From Parachlamydiales bacterium (lineage in GTDB: Bacteria; Chlamydiota; Chlamydiia; Chlamydiales; Rhabdochlamydiaceae), in the NCBI GenBank assembly GCA_963705295.1, contig OY970065.1:32001-96000 (forward strand): a stretch of 64,000 bases of DNA, in the 5' to 3' direction. The notes under the pieces were generated by a model. It did no database searches. It saw nothing but the letters and a program-made list of their open reading frames with translations, and had not been told where the DNA came from. Of this stretch, positions 51,978 through 60,273 are shown piece after piece. A program made the position numbers and the translations under genes. Each line of letters begins with the position of its first letter. Position 1 is the stretch's first letter.

Positions 51978-53293
51978 TGGATCCCTCTTCTCATTTTGAC
52001 AAACTCCTCAACCAACTGGAAGATCTAGAACTCACCACTGTGCATGGGCGCATCACCGAAATTGTCGGGATGCTCATTCGAGCGGTGGTCCCTCAGGTGA
52101 GGATGGGAGAAATTTGCCTCATCAAACGAGACGTTGAACCTCTGATGGCCGAAGTTGTCGGTTTTACGAAAGATGAAGTGATTCTCTCCCCTCTTGGTGA
52201 AATGTCTGGGATTGGACCGTCCTCGGAGGTCATCCCGATGCGCATTCCGATGCGGATTAAGGTAGGACCCGCTCTACTGGGCCGAATTCTCAATGGACTC
52301 GGCAATCCGATCGATGAAGAAGTCAAAGGGCCCTTAGTTCTCGAAGAAACGTTTCCTGTTATCAATTCTCCTCCTGATCCTTTAAAACGGCAGATGATCG
52401 ATGAACCCCTTTCTGTGGGTGTTCGTTGTATTGATGGCGTGCTGACCGTGGGTAAAGGGCAGCGGATGGGAATTTTCTCAGCTGCTGGTGTCGGAAAATC
52501 GACTTTGCTAGGGATGATTGCTCGGTATGCAAAAGCTGATGTGAATGTGATCGCTCTCATCGGGGAGAGGGGCCGCGAAGTCCGGGAATTCATCGAAAAA
52601 GATTTGGGACCCGAAGGATTAGAACGATCGGTCATCATCGTTTCGACATCCGACCAAGCCGCTCAAATGAGACTGAATGCCGCATATGTGGGCACCGCTA
52701 TCGCCGAGTATTTCCGCGAGCAGGGCAAAACAGTCATTTTGATGATGGACTCGGTCACCCGTTATGCACGGGCGCTCCGAGAAATCGGTCTTGCAGCAGG
52801 AGAGCCACCGGCCCGTGCTGGATATACCCCCTCGGTTTTTGCAACCCTTCCTCGCTTACTCGAACGTTCTGGAAACTCAGAACATGGTTGGATGACCGCT
52901 TTCTACACTGTCCTTGTTGCCGGCGATGACATCAATGAACCGATCTCCGATGAGGTCAGATCCATTCTCGACGGTCAGATTATTCTCTCTTCCGAGCTTG
53001 CTCAAGAAAACCACTATCCCGCCATCGATGTCCCTCGCTCTCTGAGCCGCGTCCTCGGCAGTATCGTCGATGAAGAACATCTCCAACTCATTGGAAAAGT
53101 TCGGGAAGTTCTTACCAATTACAAAAAAATCGAACTCTTGCTCCGGATTGGAGAGTATAAACCGGGCTCTGATAAAAATGCCGACTTTGCGATCAAATAC
53201 ATCGATAAAGTTAAACGATTCTTAAAACAAAACGTTGAAGAGCGTTCTTCCTACGAAGAAACCCTCCAACAGCTCCGCGCTCTGTTCAGATAA
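51977..53293 (+). CDS. sctN: T3SS ATPase CdsN/SctN
   Basis: GQRMGIFSAAGVGKST, ALIGERGREVREF, MMDSVTRYARA, LPRLLER, RSILDG. Confidence 0.96.
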   Translation: MDPSSHFDKLLNQLEDLELTTVHGRITEIVGMLIRAVVPQVRMGEICLIKRDVEPLMAEVVGFTKDEVILSPLGEMSGIGPSSEVIPMRIPMRIKVGPALLGRILNGLGNPIDEEVKGPLVLEETFPVINSPPDPLKRQMIDEPLSVGVRCIDGVLTVGKGQRMGIFSAAGVGKSTLLGMIARYAKADVNVIALIGERGREVREFIEKDLGPEGLERSVIIVSTSDQAAQMRLNAAYVGTAIAEYFREQGKTVILMMDSVTRYARALREIGLAAGEPPARAGYTPSVFATLPRLLERSGNSEHGWMTAFYTVLVAGDDINEPISDEVRSILDGQIILSSELAQENHYPAIDVPRSLSRVLGSIVDEEHLQLIGKVREVLTNYKKIELLLRIGEYKPGSDKNADFAIKYIDKVKRFLKQNVEERSSYEETLQQLRALFR

Positions 53294-53297
53294 TACT

Positions 53298-53804
53298 ATG
53301 CAAGAACCAGAAAAATACCCGTTGGATCAACTTCTCTCCATCAAACTAAAACGGCTTGAAGAGTCGGAAAAAGTTCTTTTGGAGAAAAAAAAAATCCTCG
53401 CCGAAGAAGAAAAAAAACTCGCCGATCTTGAAAAAAAACGGGATGAAGTTAAAGAACATTATCAAACAAAATTGAATCAACTCCGAGAAAAACTCGATGC
53501 TGGTACCGCGACCGATAAAATCCAACAAATGAAACAATATCTCAAGCTTGTTGCTGAAGATCTTAAAGTTGAAGAGCATAAAGTTAAAAACCAACAAAAA
53601 GCGGTCGAAACTGCGAACAACCAAGTCGAAATCGCACGTCAAGATCTGTTTAAAAAACAAAAAGATGTGGAAAAATTAAAGATCCATCATAAAGAATGGG
53701 AAAAAGAGATGCATGCCATCGCTGAGCATAAAGAAGGCATTGTCCATGACGAAATTGGCGGTGCCATGCATATCCTGAAAAAAAAGAAAAAAAACCATGG
53801 CTGA
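53298..53804 (+). CDS. cdsO: T3SS stalk protein CdsO/SctO
   Basis: YPLDQLLSIK, charged coiled coil, HDEIG; start placed at ATG 53298. Confidence 0.85.
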   Translation: MQEPEKYPLDQLLSIKLKRLEESEKVLLEKKKILAEEEKKLADLEKKRDEVKEHYQTKLNQLREKLDAGTATDKIQQMKQYLKLVAEDLKVEEHKVKNQQKAVETANNQVEIARQDLFKKQKDVEKLKIHHKEWEKEMHAIAEHKEGIVHDEIGGAMHILKKKKKNHG

Positions 53805-54765
53805 CGTGCCCAAAGTACCAGGACCCACCCCCCAACAACCATCTCGAGGACCCCGCGAACCGGCAAAACCGGGTACCGATAAATTCAAAGAACTCATGAA
53901 AGTGGGAGAACCCGAAGAACAGCAAAAAAAAAGACCCCAGCAAAAAGAAGAAGAAAAGGAAGAAAAAAAAGCTAAAGCCCAACCCAAAGAAGAGGGTATG
54001 AAGACACCGCCCCTACCTAAAGAGCCGGAAAGGACTAAAGAACCGGAAAAGCTTCCTCATGTCAAGGCCGGTGAACCACCACAAAAGAAAGAATTCAAAC
54101 CCAAAAAGCTCCCCGAGAAAGTTCCAGAACCTGAAGAGGAGGAAGAAGAAGAGGCCCCCCCTCCTGCTGGAGAAAAAGAGGAGCAAGTCGAAGAGCAGCC
54201 CCCACCCCCTCTTTTTATACCAGAAAAAAAAGTGCAGCCTGAAAAGGGTCCTCCCGAGAAAAAAGTTGCCGGACCAAAACATGAAAAAAAGATCGAGAAA
54301 CCGACCAAAGAAGCGGAAGCTCCACTGACTGCTGGTCTTGGGCCCCTCTTTATTCCACCTGCGACGGAATCAGCTCCTGCCTACACTCTCCTAAAACCCG
54401 AGGCTTTGGCCCTCTTTGAAAAAATGGTCAGCCAGATCGTTGTCATGCATACAAGCGGTATCACGGAAACGACCTTCACTTTAGATACCCCTGAATTTGC
54501 TAGTTCTCCTTTCGCGGGGGCCCGTGTCATCATTCGGGAATATAGCACGGCCCCTCTCGTCTACAATATTGAGTTTGAAGGGTCTTCACAAAATATTGGA
54601 ACCTTCGCCCAAAATATTGGCTCTCTTCGTGCCGCCTTCGATAGTGAAAAACGGAACTTTGCGATTAATAGAATCGACACCCGCCTCCTAGAACGGGGTT
54701 CCGAACGGTCCCGCCCCGTCGAAAGAAAAGAAAAACCGTCCGATAAAGGCGAAGAGGGATTCTAG
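53797..54765 (+). CDS. cdsP: T3SS CdsP-like (CT671-like) needle-length/ruler protein
   Basis: Pro/Glu/Lys low-complexity N-terminus and compact C-terminal domain; follows cdsO. Confidence 0.7.
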   Translation: MADVPKVPGPTPQQPSRGPREPAKPGTDKFKELMKVGEPEEQQKKRPQQKEEEKEEKKAKAQPKEEGMKTPPLPKEPERTKEPEKLPHVKAGEPPQKKEFKPKKLPEKVPEPEEEEEEEAPPPAGEKEEQVEEQPPPPLFIPEKKVQPEKGPPEKKVAGPKHEKKIEKPTKEAEAPLTAGLGPLFIPPATESAPAYTLLKPEALALFEKMVSQIVVMHTSGITETTFTLDTPEFASSPFAGARVIIREYSTAPLVYNIEFEGSSQNIGTFAQNIGSLRAAFDSEKRNFAINRIDTRLLERGSERSRPVERKEKPSDKGEEGF

Positions 54766-54862
54766 TGACTACTCCCAGGCCATCTAATCCTTAGACATCA
54801 AAAATTTAGAGCGTTTCGAGATTCAATTGAAGATATTTCAAACATAAATTATTATTTTTCGC

Positions 54863-54891
54863 GTTTAGCGGATTGGTGTCAATCTGCAAAC
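54863..54891 (+). terminator. hairpin downstream of cdsP
   Basis: GTTT-A-GCGGATTG-GTGT-CAATCTGC-AAAC. Confidence 0.4.
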
Positions 54892-54895
54892 ACTT

Positions 54896-55055
54896 ATTAA
54901 CCCGAGACGTCAAAAGGTGACAAGATGCGCTGCGAGGCAAAGCCAGATTGATTCTCGCGAGGAATAACATTCTTGAATACGAAGGATTCCGAGCGAGAAT
55001 CGATATGGCGAAGCCGCAGCAAGCAGGTTGTCACCTTTTGACGTCTCGGGTTAAT
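54896..55055. mobile_element. 160-bp palindromic MITE-like / structured repeat, copy 2
   Basis: Perfect arms ATTAACCCGAGACGTCAAAAGGTGACAA (30 bp with the flanking TT/AA); five substitutions relative to copy 1. Confidence 0.85.
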
Positions 55056-55078
55056 AATACAATTTTATGAGGTAATTT

Positions 55079-55309
55079 ATGAGAATTGATCCAGTTAATT
55101 TTTTTCCAAAGTTCCCAGAGGACAAGTCTACAGAAAAACTAACCGATCCTTATGATTTGAATATTGAATTTGATGTTATAGATTCTGAAACTTTGGTCGA
55201 TCAGAAAGACGTACCTCCTACTGGTAACTCATGTGTTGCTGGTTCTACCTGTTGGTGTACAACTGGAGGAAACACATGCAGCACGACTTGTGTTGGTGGA
55301 AAATGTTAA
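55079..55309 (+). CDS. lanA: class I lanthipeptide precursor
   Basis: GAGGT RBS; acidic leader with YDLNI (FDLD/FNLD-like); core TGNSCVAGSTCWCTTGGNTCSTTCVGGKC (6 Cys, 10 Ser/Thr); directly upstream of lanC-lanB. Confidence 0.9.
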   Translation: MRIDPVNFFPKFPEDKSTEKLTDPYDLNIEFDVIDSETLVDQKDVPPTGNSCVAGSTCWCTTGGNTCSTTCVGGKC

Positions 55310-55355
55310 ACAATCTTTCGATAGAATAGATATATTAGGATATTAGAGATGCGAT

Positions 55356-56741
55356 GTGATTGATTGCGAGGTGCCATTTCAAGAGAAGGTCTTTTTTTTA
55401 GCAAAAAAAATGGCTGATAAATTGAGTAATCCTGATGAATTATTAAGCTATATTTTAGATCCTGGTAATTTAAATCCCCATTCGGTGATACCAGGGCCTT
55501 ACTGGGAAGAGCTTTCTTTAGCGAGCGGTTATCCAAGCATTCTATTGTTTTTTTCAACATTGGACAAAATATTTCCAGAAGAAAACTGGGATGAAATTTC
55601 ACATAAATATGTTTTAAAGATTAAAGATATCCTAGAAAAAAGGCTCAGAGAAGGAAACGCTTTTCAAGCTTCTCCTTCTCTATTTTCTGGATTATCAGGT
55701 ATTTGTTTTTCCCTTCAACATGCCTCAAAGGGATATACGAGGTACTCTAGACTTATTCATACTTTGAATTCTTTCCTCGTGGATCAAACGGAAAGATTCT
55801 ATCTTTCTCCCCTTATGAAAAAGATTGAAAACAAGGAACCGTATCCAACAGCCTTATTCGATTTAATACAAGGAATCATTGGTGTGGGTCTATATGAACT
55901 TCAAATGGTTGATTCTGGTTTATTTTCCGAACAAATACAGAAAATTCTAGAAGTTCTCGTCTCTATGACATTTTTCTTGCATATCAGAAACTATAGTGTA
56001 GTTGGATGGTTTACCCCAGCCGATTTTCAATTTACTGAAAAAGACAGAATGCAGTTTTCCAATGGAATTTTTAATTTGGGTTTAGCTCATGGAATTTCAG
56101 GAGTTCTTGCATTTTTGTCTCTAGCTACCTTACGTGGTATCGTAGTAGATGGCCAGTTAGATGCTATCAAAAGAATTACACTTTGGGTTAAAAGTAAGCG
56201 CGTAAAATTAGAAGGATCCTTTTTATGGCAGAACTGGATTTCTTTTGAAGAGGAAGTGGGAGAAATAACATCAAATACTTGTCTTTCTAGGGATGCTTGG
56301 TGTTACGGAACAGCAGGGGTTGCAAGAAGTCTTTTTTTAGCCGGAAAAGCTTTAAAAGATAAAGAAACCCAAGACTTTTCATTAGAATCCTTTTCTTCAA
56401 TTTTCAAGCGAAGTGAAGAAAGCTGGTATTTACCAGGTCCTACTTTTTGCCATGGAATCTCAGGACTTTTAATGATTACTTTTATGATGGCGCAAGATAC
56501 TCAGGATCTTTGTTTGAAAGAAAAAGTTCATTTGCTCCAAAATCGCCTCATGTCCTTTTATCGGCCTGAAAGTTTTTTTGGCTTCAATGATGCCGCTCTT
56601 TCTTCTAAGGGGGGCTATATTGAAATAAGTAAAGCGGGCCTATTGGATGGTGCTACTGGTGTCCTATTATCTCTTTTATCTAGTTGTGGTGGTTGTTCTT
56701 CTTGGGCTATTCCTTTTTTAATTGCAGAAACATCAAAATGA
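55356..56741 (+). CDS. lanC: lanthionine synthetase C (cyclase)
   Basis: SLFSGLSG, DLIQGIIG, LGLAHGISG, DAWCYG, FCHG (Zn ligands), GLLDGATG. Confidence 0.93.
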   Translation: MIDCEVPFQEKVFFLAKKMADKLSNPDELLSYILDPGNLNPHSVIPGPYWEELSLASGYPSILLFFSTLDKIFPEENWDEISHKYVLKIKDILEKRLREGNAFQASPSLFSGLSGICFSLQHASKGYTRYSRLIHTLNSFLVDQTERFYLSPLMKKIENKEPYPTALFDLIQGIIGVGLYELQMVDSGLFSEQIQKILEVLVSMTFFLHIRNYSVVGWFTPADFQFTEKDRMQFSNGIFNLGLAHGISGVLAFLSLATLRGIVVDGQLDAIKRITLWVKSKRVKLEGSFLWQNWISFEEEVGEITSNTCLSRDAWCYGTAGVARSLFLAGKALKDKETQDFSLESFSSIFKRSEESWYLPGPTFCHGISGLLMITFMMAQDTQDLCLKEKVHLLQNRLMSFYRPESFFGFNDAALSSKGGYIEISKAGLLDGATGVLLSLLSSCGGCSSWAIPFLIAETSK

Positions 56742-59700
56742 TTACACCAAAGAACGATAGACTCTTTTTGTCTGCTCCATTTTTTTTAGTAAGAATTCCA
56801 ACTCTTTCGAAAGATGATTTTTTCTTTCTTTTTCAAGATCTTAAAACCCGACTTTTACCATTTTACCTAAATGAACCAGTTCTTCAAGAAGCTCTTTTAA
56901 TTGCTTCTCCCTCTCTTTCCCAAGCTTTGGAAGGTAGGGGGAGATTAGATGAGAAAAAAACAAAACAAATCACCTCCAGTCTTCTTAAATATATATCTAG
57001 AATGGCAACACGTGCTACACCCTTTGGTCTTTTTTCTTCTGTGTCGATTGGCTCATGGGGAAAAACATTCGGCGATCTGGATCTAACTAAGATTCGTAAA
57101 AGAGCACGGCCGGATATGGAGTGGTTATTTAAAATTTCGGAGCTTATTTATTCTGACAATTCAATATCAGAATTAATTTTAATTAAAAGACATCCACTTG
57201 TTTTTTTTAGTAAAGATCGTATTATTCTGAATTACAGATTGAAGAAAGACGCAGAGGATAACATCTCGAGTGTTTCTATAGGTTCTAGTTCTCTAATGGA
57301 CAAAATATTTGAATTTACTGAAACTCCAATTCCTTTTGTGGAACTAAATAATAAGTTAATGGAATATTTTCCATCATTAGATAAAAATAAAACAATAAAT
57401 GTTATTAAAACACTTATAGAGCAACAATTTTTATGCCCTGCCTTACTCCAGTCTTTAGTAACGGATCAGGCCTTTCTTGATTTTCTCATGAATATTCCAT
57501 CAATTTGTTCAATTCTTCCTGATTTGCAGAAAATTTCTTCTTTAATTCAAGAATATAACACTCAGCTTGTTGGAGAAAGTGGCTCTCTTCTTAAAAATCT
57601 TCAAGAAGAACTGGGAAAAATCAAACCATCAAATACACCGCTTCAAGTGGATTGTGTATATTCGGGCAACAAAATCACTATTTCCCCATCGATAGCTAAA
57701 GAGCTGGAAGAATCAGCAGAAATACTTTGGAGGATATCATCTTTTTCTGATTTTTCTTTTCTTAAGTCTTATCATCAGAGATTTCTAGAGAAATACGGGA
57801 TTAATAGACTCGTACCTCTGTTACAGCTTTTGGATGCTAATGAAGGTCTGGGGATTCCCAATGAATATAACCCGTCTTACCCTTACCAGAATATAGATGT
57901 GAACCCTAAGGCATGGCAATGGAGACAGTTGCTAAATAACAAGCTTTTTTCTTGTATAAGAGATGGGAAAAAAGAAATTATACTGACCGAAGCCGATCTC
58001 GAAGGAAAAATAGATTTCACCAAAGCCCTTCCTTCAATTGAACTTTACTGCGAAGTGCTTGCCGATAGTGCTGAAAATGTGGATAAAGGAGAATTCCTTC
58101 TACACCTTCCCTTTAGCGGTTGGCAAGCTGGTGCTAGTTTTGGCAGATTTGCGGATATACTGGAAAACCCTTCCAAAAAAGCTTTAGAAAGCCTTCTCCG
58201 CAAAGAAGAAGATCTTGATATTAATTGTTTATTTGCAGATGTCTCATTTTTCCCATCATCACCCAGATTATGCAACGTTACAATGCATCCTAGACTAAGA
58301 CGTTACACGATGGACATTGGTTTTGCTAAGGAAAACAATGGAACTATTAAGATACAAGATGTTTATGTAGGTGCAAAATTTAATCGTCTTTATCTTACTT
58401 TAAAAAATATCAATAAAGAACTCATTATTACTGCAAATAATCTCCTTCGTTCTGACTTAGCCCCCACACCTGTCAGATTTTTACGTGATGTGTCAAAAAT
58501 GAAATATCAAATGCTGTATTCTTTTTCCTGGCCTGCTTTAGAAGAAGCTGTCTTCTTGCCACGAGTTAAATATAAGAGAAGTGTTTTTTTTGCAGCCCGT
58601 TGGAAATTAATTCCTGCATTAGAAAAGATAAACCCAAAGGAAAAAGAAGACCAAATAAAGCTTAAGTTTCTTGACTGGGCAAAAAAATGGGAAATTCCTC
58701 GCTATGTCTATATTTATGAATTAGACCAAGGTATGTTATTAGATTTAACACACGCAGCCCATTTAAATGAAATCTGCTCTCAAATAAAGAAAGGCAAAAC
58801 CCTAATATTAATAGAAAAATTAAACCAGGAAAATGGTGATTGGATAAAAAGTCAAAGAGGAACCCATTGCTGTGAATTTATTTTTCCCCTGCTTAAAAAT
58901 CCCAAATACAGTTTACCCGAAGAAATAGAGTTTCCTCAGCCAGACTCTGAAATTAAAACAGAAGATCGGAGGAAACTCCCGGGAAGTGAATGGCTCTACG
59001 TCAAATTTTATTTAGAATGGAAGCGAGAAGATAAATTTTTAGCTAATCATTTATTACAATTTATAATGCCATTCATACAAAATAAAGTAATTAAAAAGTG
59101 GTTTTTTGTTAGATATAATGATGAAAATGGAGATCATCTGAGAGTAAGGTTTTTATTGTCTGAGTATCTTCATACAGATTTTCTTTCTCCTTTCCATAAA
59201 TGGACAACTTCCCTCTTCGAAAAACAGGTAATTCATGATTTACATTTCTGTACTTATGAAAAAGAAATTGAAAGATATGGGGGAATAAATGTAATTGAAG
59301 AAGCAGAAAACTTTTTTTGCGCTGATTCTAATACAGCACTTTCTTTTATTCTAGCTTCTTTATATAAAAAACACACCCTTCCTAGCTATGTGATCGCAGC
59401 TCTAAGTATCATTGAACTCTTAAAAAGATTTGGTTTAGGTATAAATGATCAAGTTTCCTTATTTAATAATTTTAATCTGGATACAACCCAATTAAAAGGT
59501 TACCGATTATGGAAATCCGAGCTTCTTTCTTTAGTGTCAGCCATATTCGATCATTCGAACCCTAATTCAGAAAGCTTAGGACCTTTGGAAATTATATTAG
59601 AAGCTTGTAACCAAAGGTTGAATGCTCAAAGAGCATATTTGGAAAAAATAATCACATTGCAAAAAGAGCAAAAGCTGTCTGCTTCTGTAGAACAGATCTA

Positions 59701-59848
59701 CGATAACCTTATTCACATGCATTGCAATAGGGTGATGGGGTTTAACACCAAGCTAGAACAAAAAGCGCGGCTTTATGCTGCTGCATCCTTAAATGCTCTT
59801 TTGAATAAAGAAAAATTACCGAGAGAAAATAATGCAGTTCTTGTTTAG
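56738..59848 (+). CDS. lanB: lantibiotic dehydratase LanB (glutamylation and elimination domains)
   Basis: YISRMATRATPFGLF, FGRF, FLPRV, WLYVKFY, WFFVRY..HLRVR, YEKEIERYGG, IHMHCNR; ATGA overlap with lanC. Confidence 0.93.
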   Translation: MITPKNDRLFLSAPFFLVRIPTLSKDDFFFLFQDLKTRLLPFYLNEPVLQEALLIASPSLSQALEGRGRLDEKKTKQITSSLLKYISRMATRATPFGLFSSVSIGSWGKTFGDLDLTKIRKRARPDMEWLFKISELIYSDNSISELILIKRHPLVFFSKDRIILNYRLKKDAEDNISSVSIGSSSLMDKIFEFTETPIPFVELNNKLMEYFPSLDKNKTINVIKTLIEQQFLCPALLQSLVTDQAFLDFLMNIPSICSILPDLQKISSLIQEYNTQLVGESGSLLKNLQEELGKIKPSNTPLQVDCVYSGNKITISPSIAKELEESAEILWRISSFSDFSFLKSYHQRFLEKYGINRLVPLLQLLDANEGLGIPNEYNPSYPYQNIDVNPKAWQWRQLLNNKLFSCIRDGKKEIILTEADLEGKIDFTKALPSIELYCEVLADSAENVDKGEFLLHLPFSGWQAGASFGRFADILENPSKKALESLLRKEEDLDINCLFADVSFFPSSPRLCNVTMHPRLRRYTMDIGFAKENNGTIKIQDVYVGAKFNRLYLTLKNINKELIITANNLLRSDLAPTPVRFLRDVSKMKYQMLYSFSWPALEEAVFLPRVKYKRSVFFAARWKLIPALEKINPKEKEDQIKLKFLDWAKKWEIPRYVYIYELDQGMLLDLTHAAHLNEICSQIKKGKTLILIEKLNQENGDWIKSQRGTHCCEFIFPLLKNPKYSLPEEIEFPQPDSEIKTEDRRKLPGSEWLYVKFYLEWKREDKFLANHLLQFIMPFIQNKVIKKWFFVRYNDENGDHLRVRFLLSEYLHTDFLSPFHKWTTSLFEKQVIHDLHFCTYEKEIERYGGINVIEEAENFFCADSNTALSFILASLYKKHTLPSYVIAALSIIELLKRFGLGINDQVSLFNNFNLDTTQLKGYRLWKSELLSLVSAIFDHSNPNSESLGPLEIILEACNQRLNAQRAYLEKIITLQKEQKLSASVEQIYDNLIHMHCNRVMGFNTKLEQKARLYAAASLNALLNKEKLPRENNAVLV

Positions 59849-59861
59849 TTGGCCCCTTGAT

Positions 59862-60260
59862 TCAGTTATGAAAGACAAATCTATCTGAGTCCATGAGCTC
59901 TACTCGAGTAATTGTTTTAAGCAAACTTGGGATATCATCAAAATTCTCTTGATCGAGAGTCATAGTGTTGCCATTACGATACTTGATCACGATGTTGCTA
60001 GGTTCTACCCTTAAATCCTCAGAAGTTGATACAACACGAACTTTCATTTCTCTTGGGCTATTAATGAGTTCAATTCTTAATGTTTTATTGCCGAAAGTAT
60101 GCGTATATACATTTTGCCCGGTTTGAATAAAAATAGAACTGCAATTTCTCGTATCTGCTGCATTTGCATTAGATCTTTGTTGTGACTCGAGAGCTTTTGT
60201 ATCTCCCGTCCTGGAATAGTGATCAGCTAATTTCCTAGATACATATGGTGGAATCGCCAT
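59862..60260 (-). CDS. small protein downstream of the M4 protease; N-terminus resembles the protease propeptide
   Basis: AGGAGG RBS; MAIPPYVSRKLADHY versus FIPPNLEEKLLRHY. Confidence 0.7.
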   Translation of the reverse strand: MAIPPYVSRKLADHYSRTGDTKALESQQRSNANAADTRNCSSIFIQTGQNVYTHTFGNKTLRIELINSPREMKVRVVSTSEDLRVEPSNIVIKYRNGNTMTLDQENFDDIPSLLKTITRVELMDSDRFVFHN

Positions 60261-60273
60261 AAAAAGACCTCCT

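Noticed and set aside
18589..55055. Composite transposon bounded by the two 160-bp elements
   Set aside because: The 36 kb between them is core chromosome with no transposase; independent insertions are simpler.
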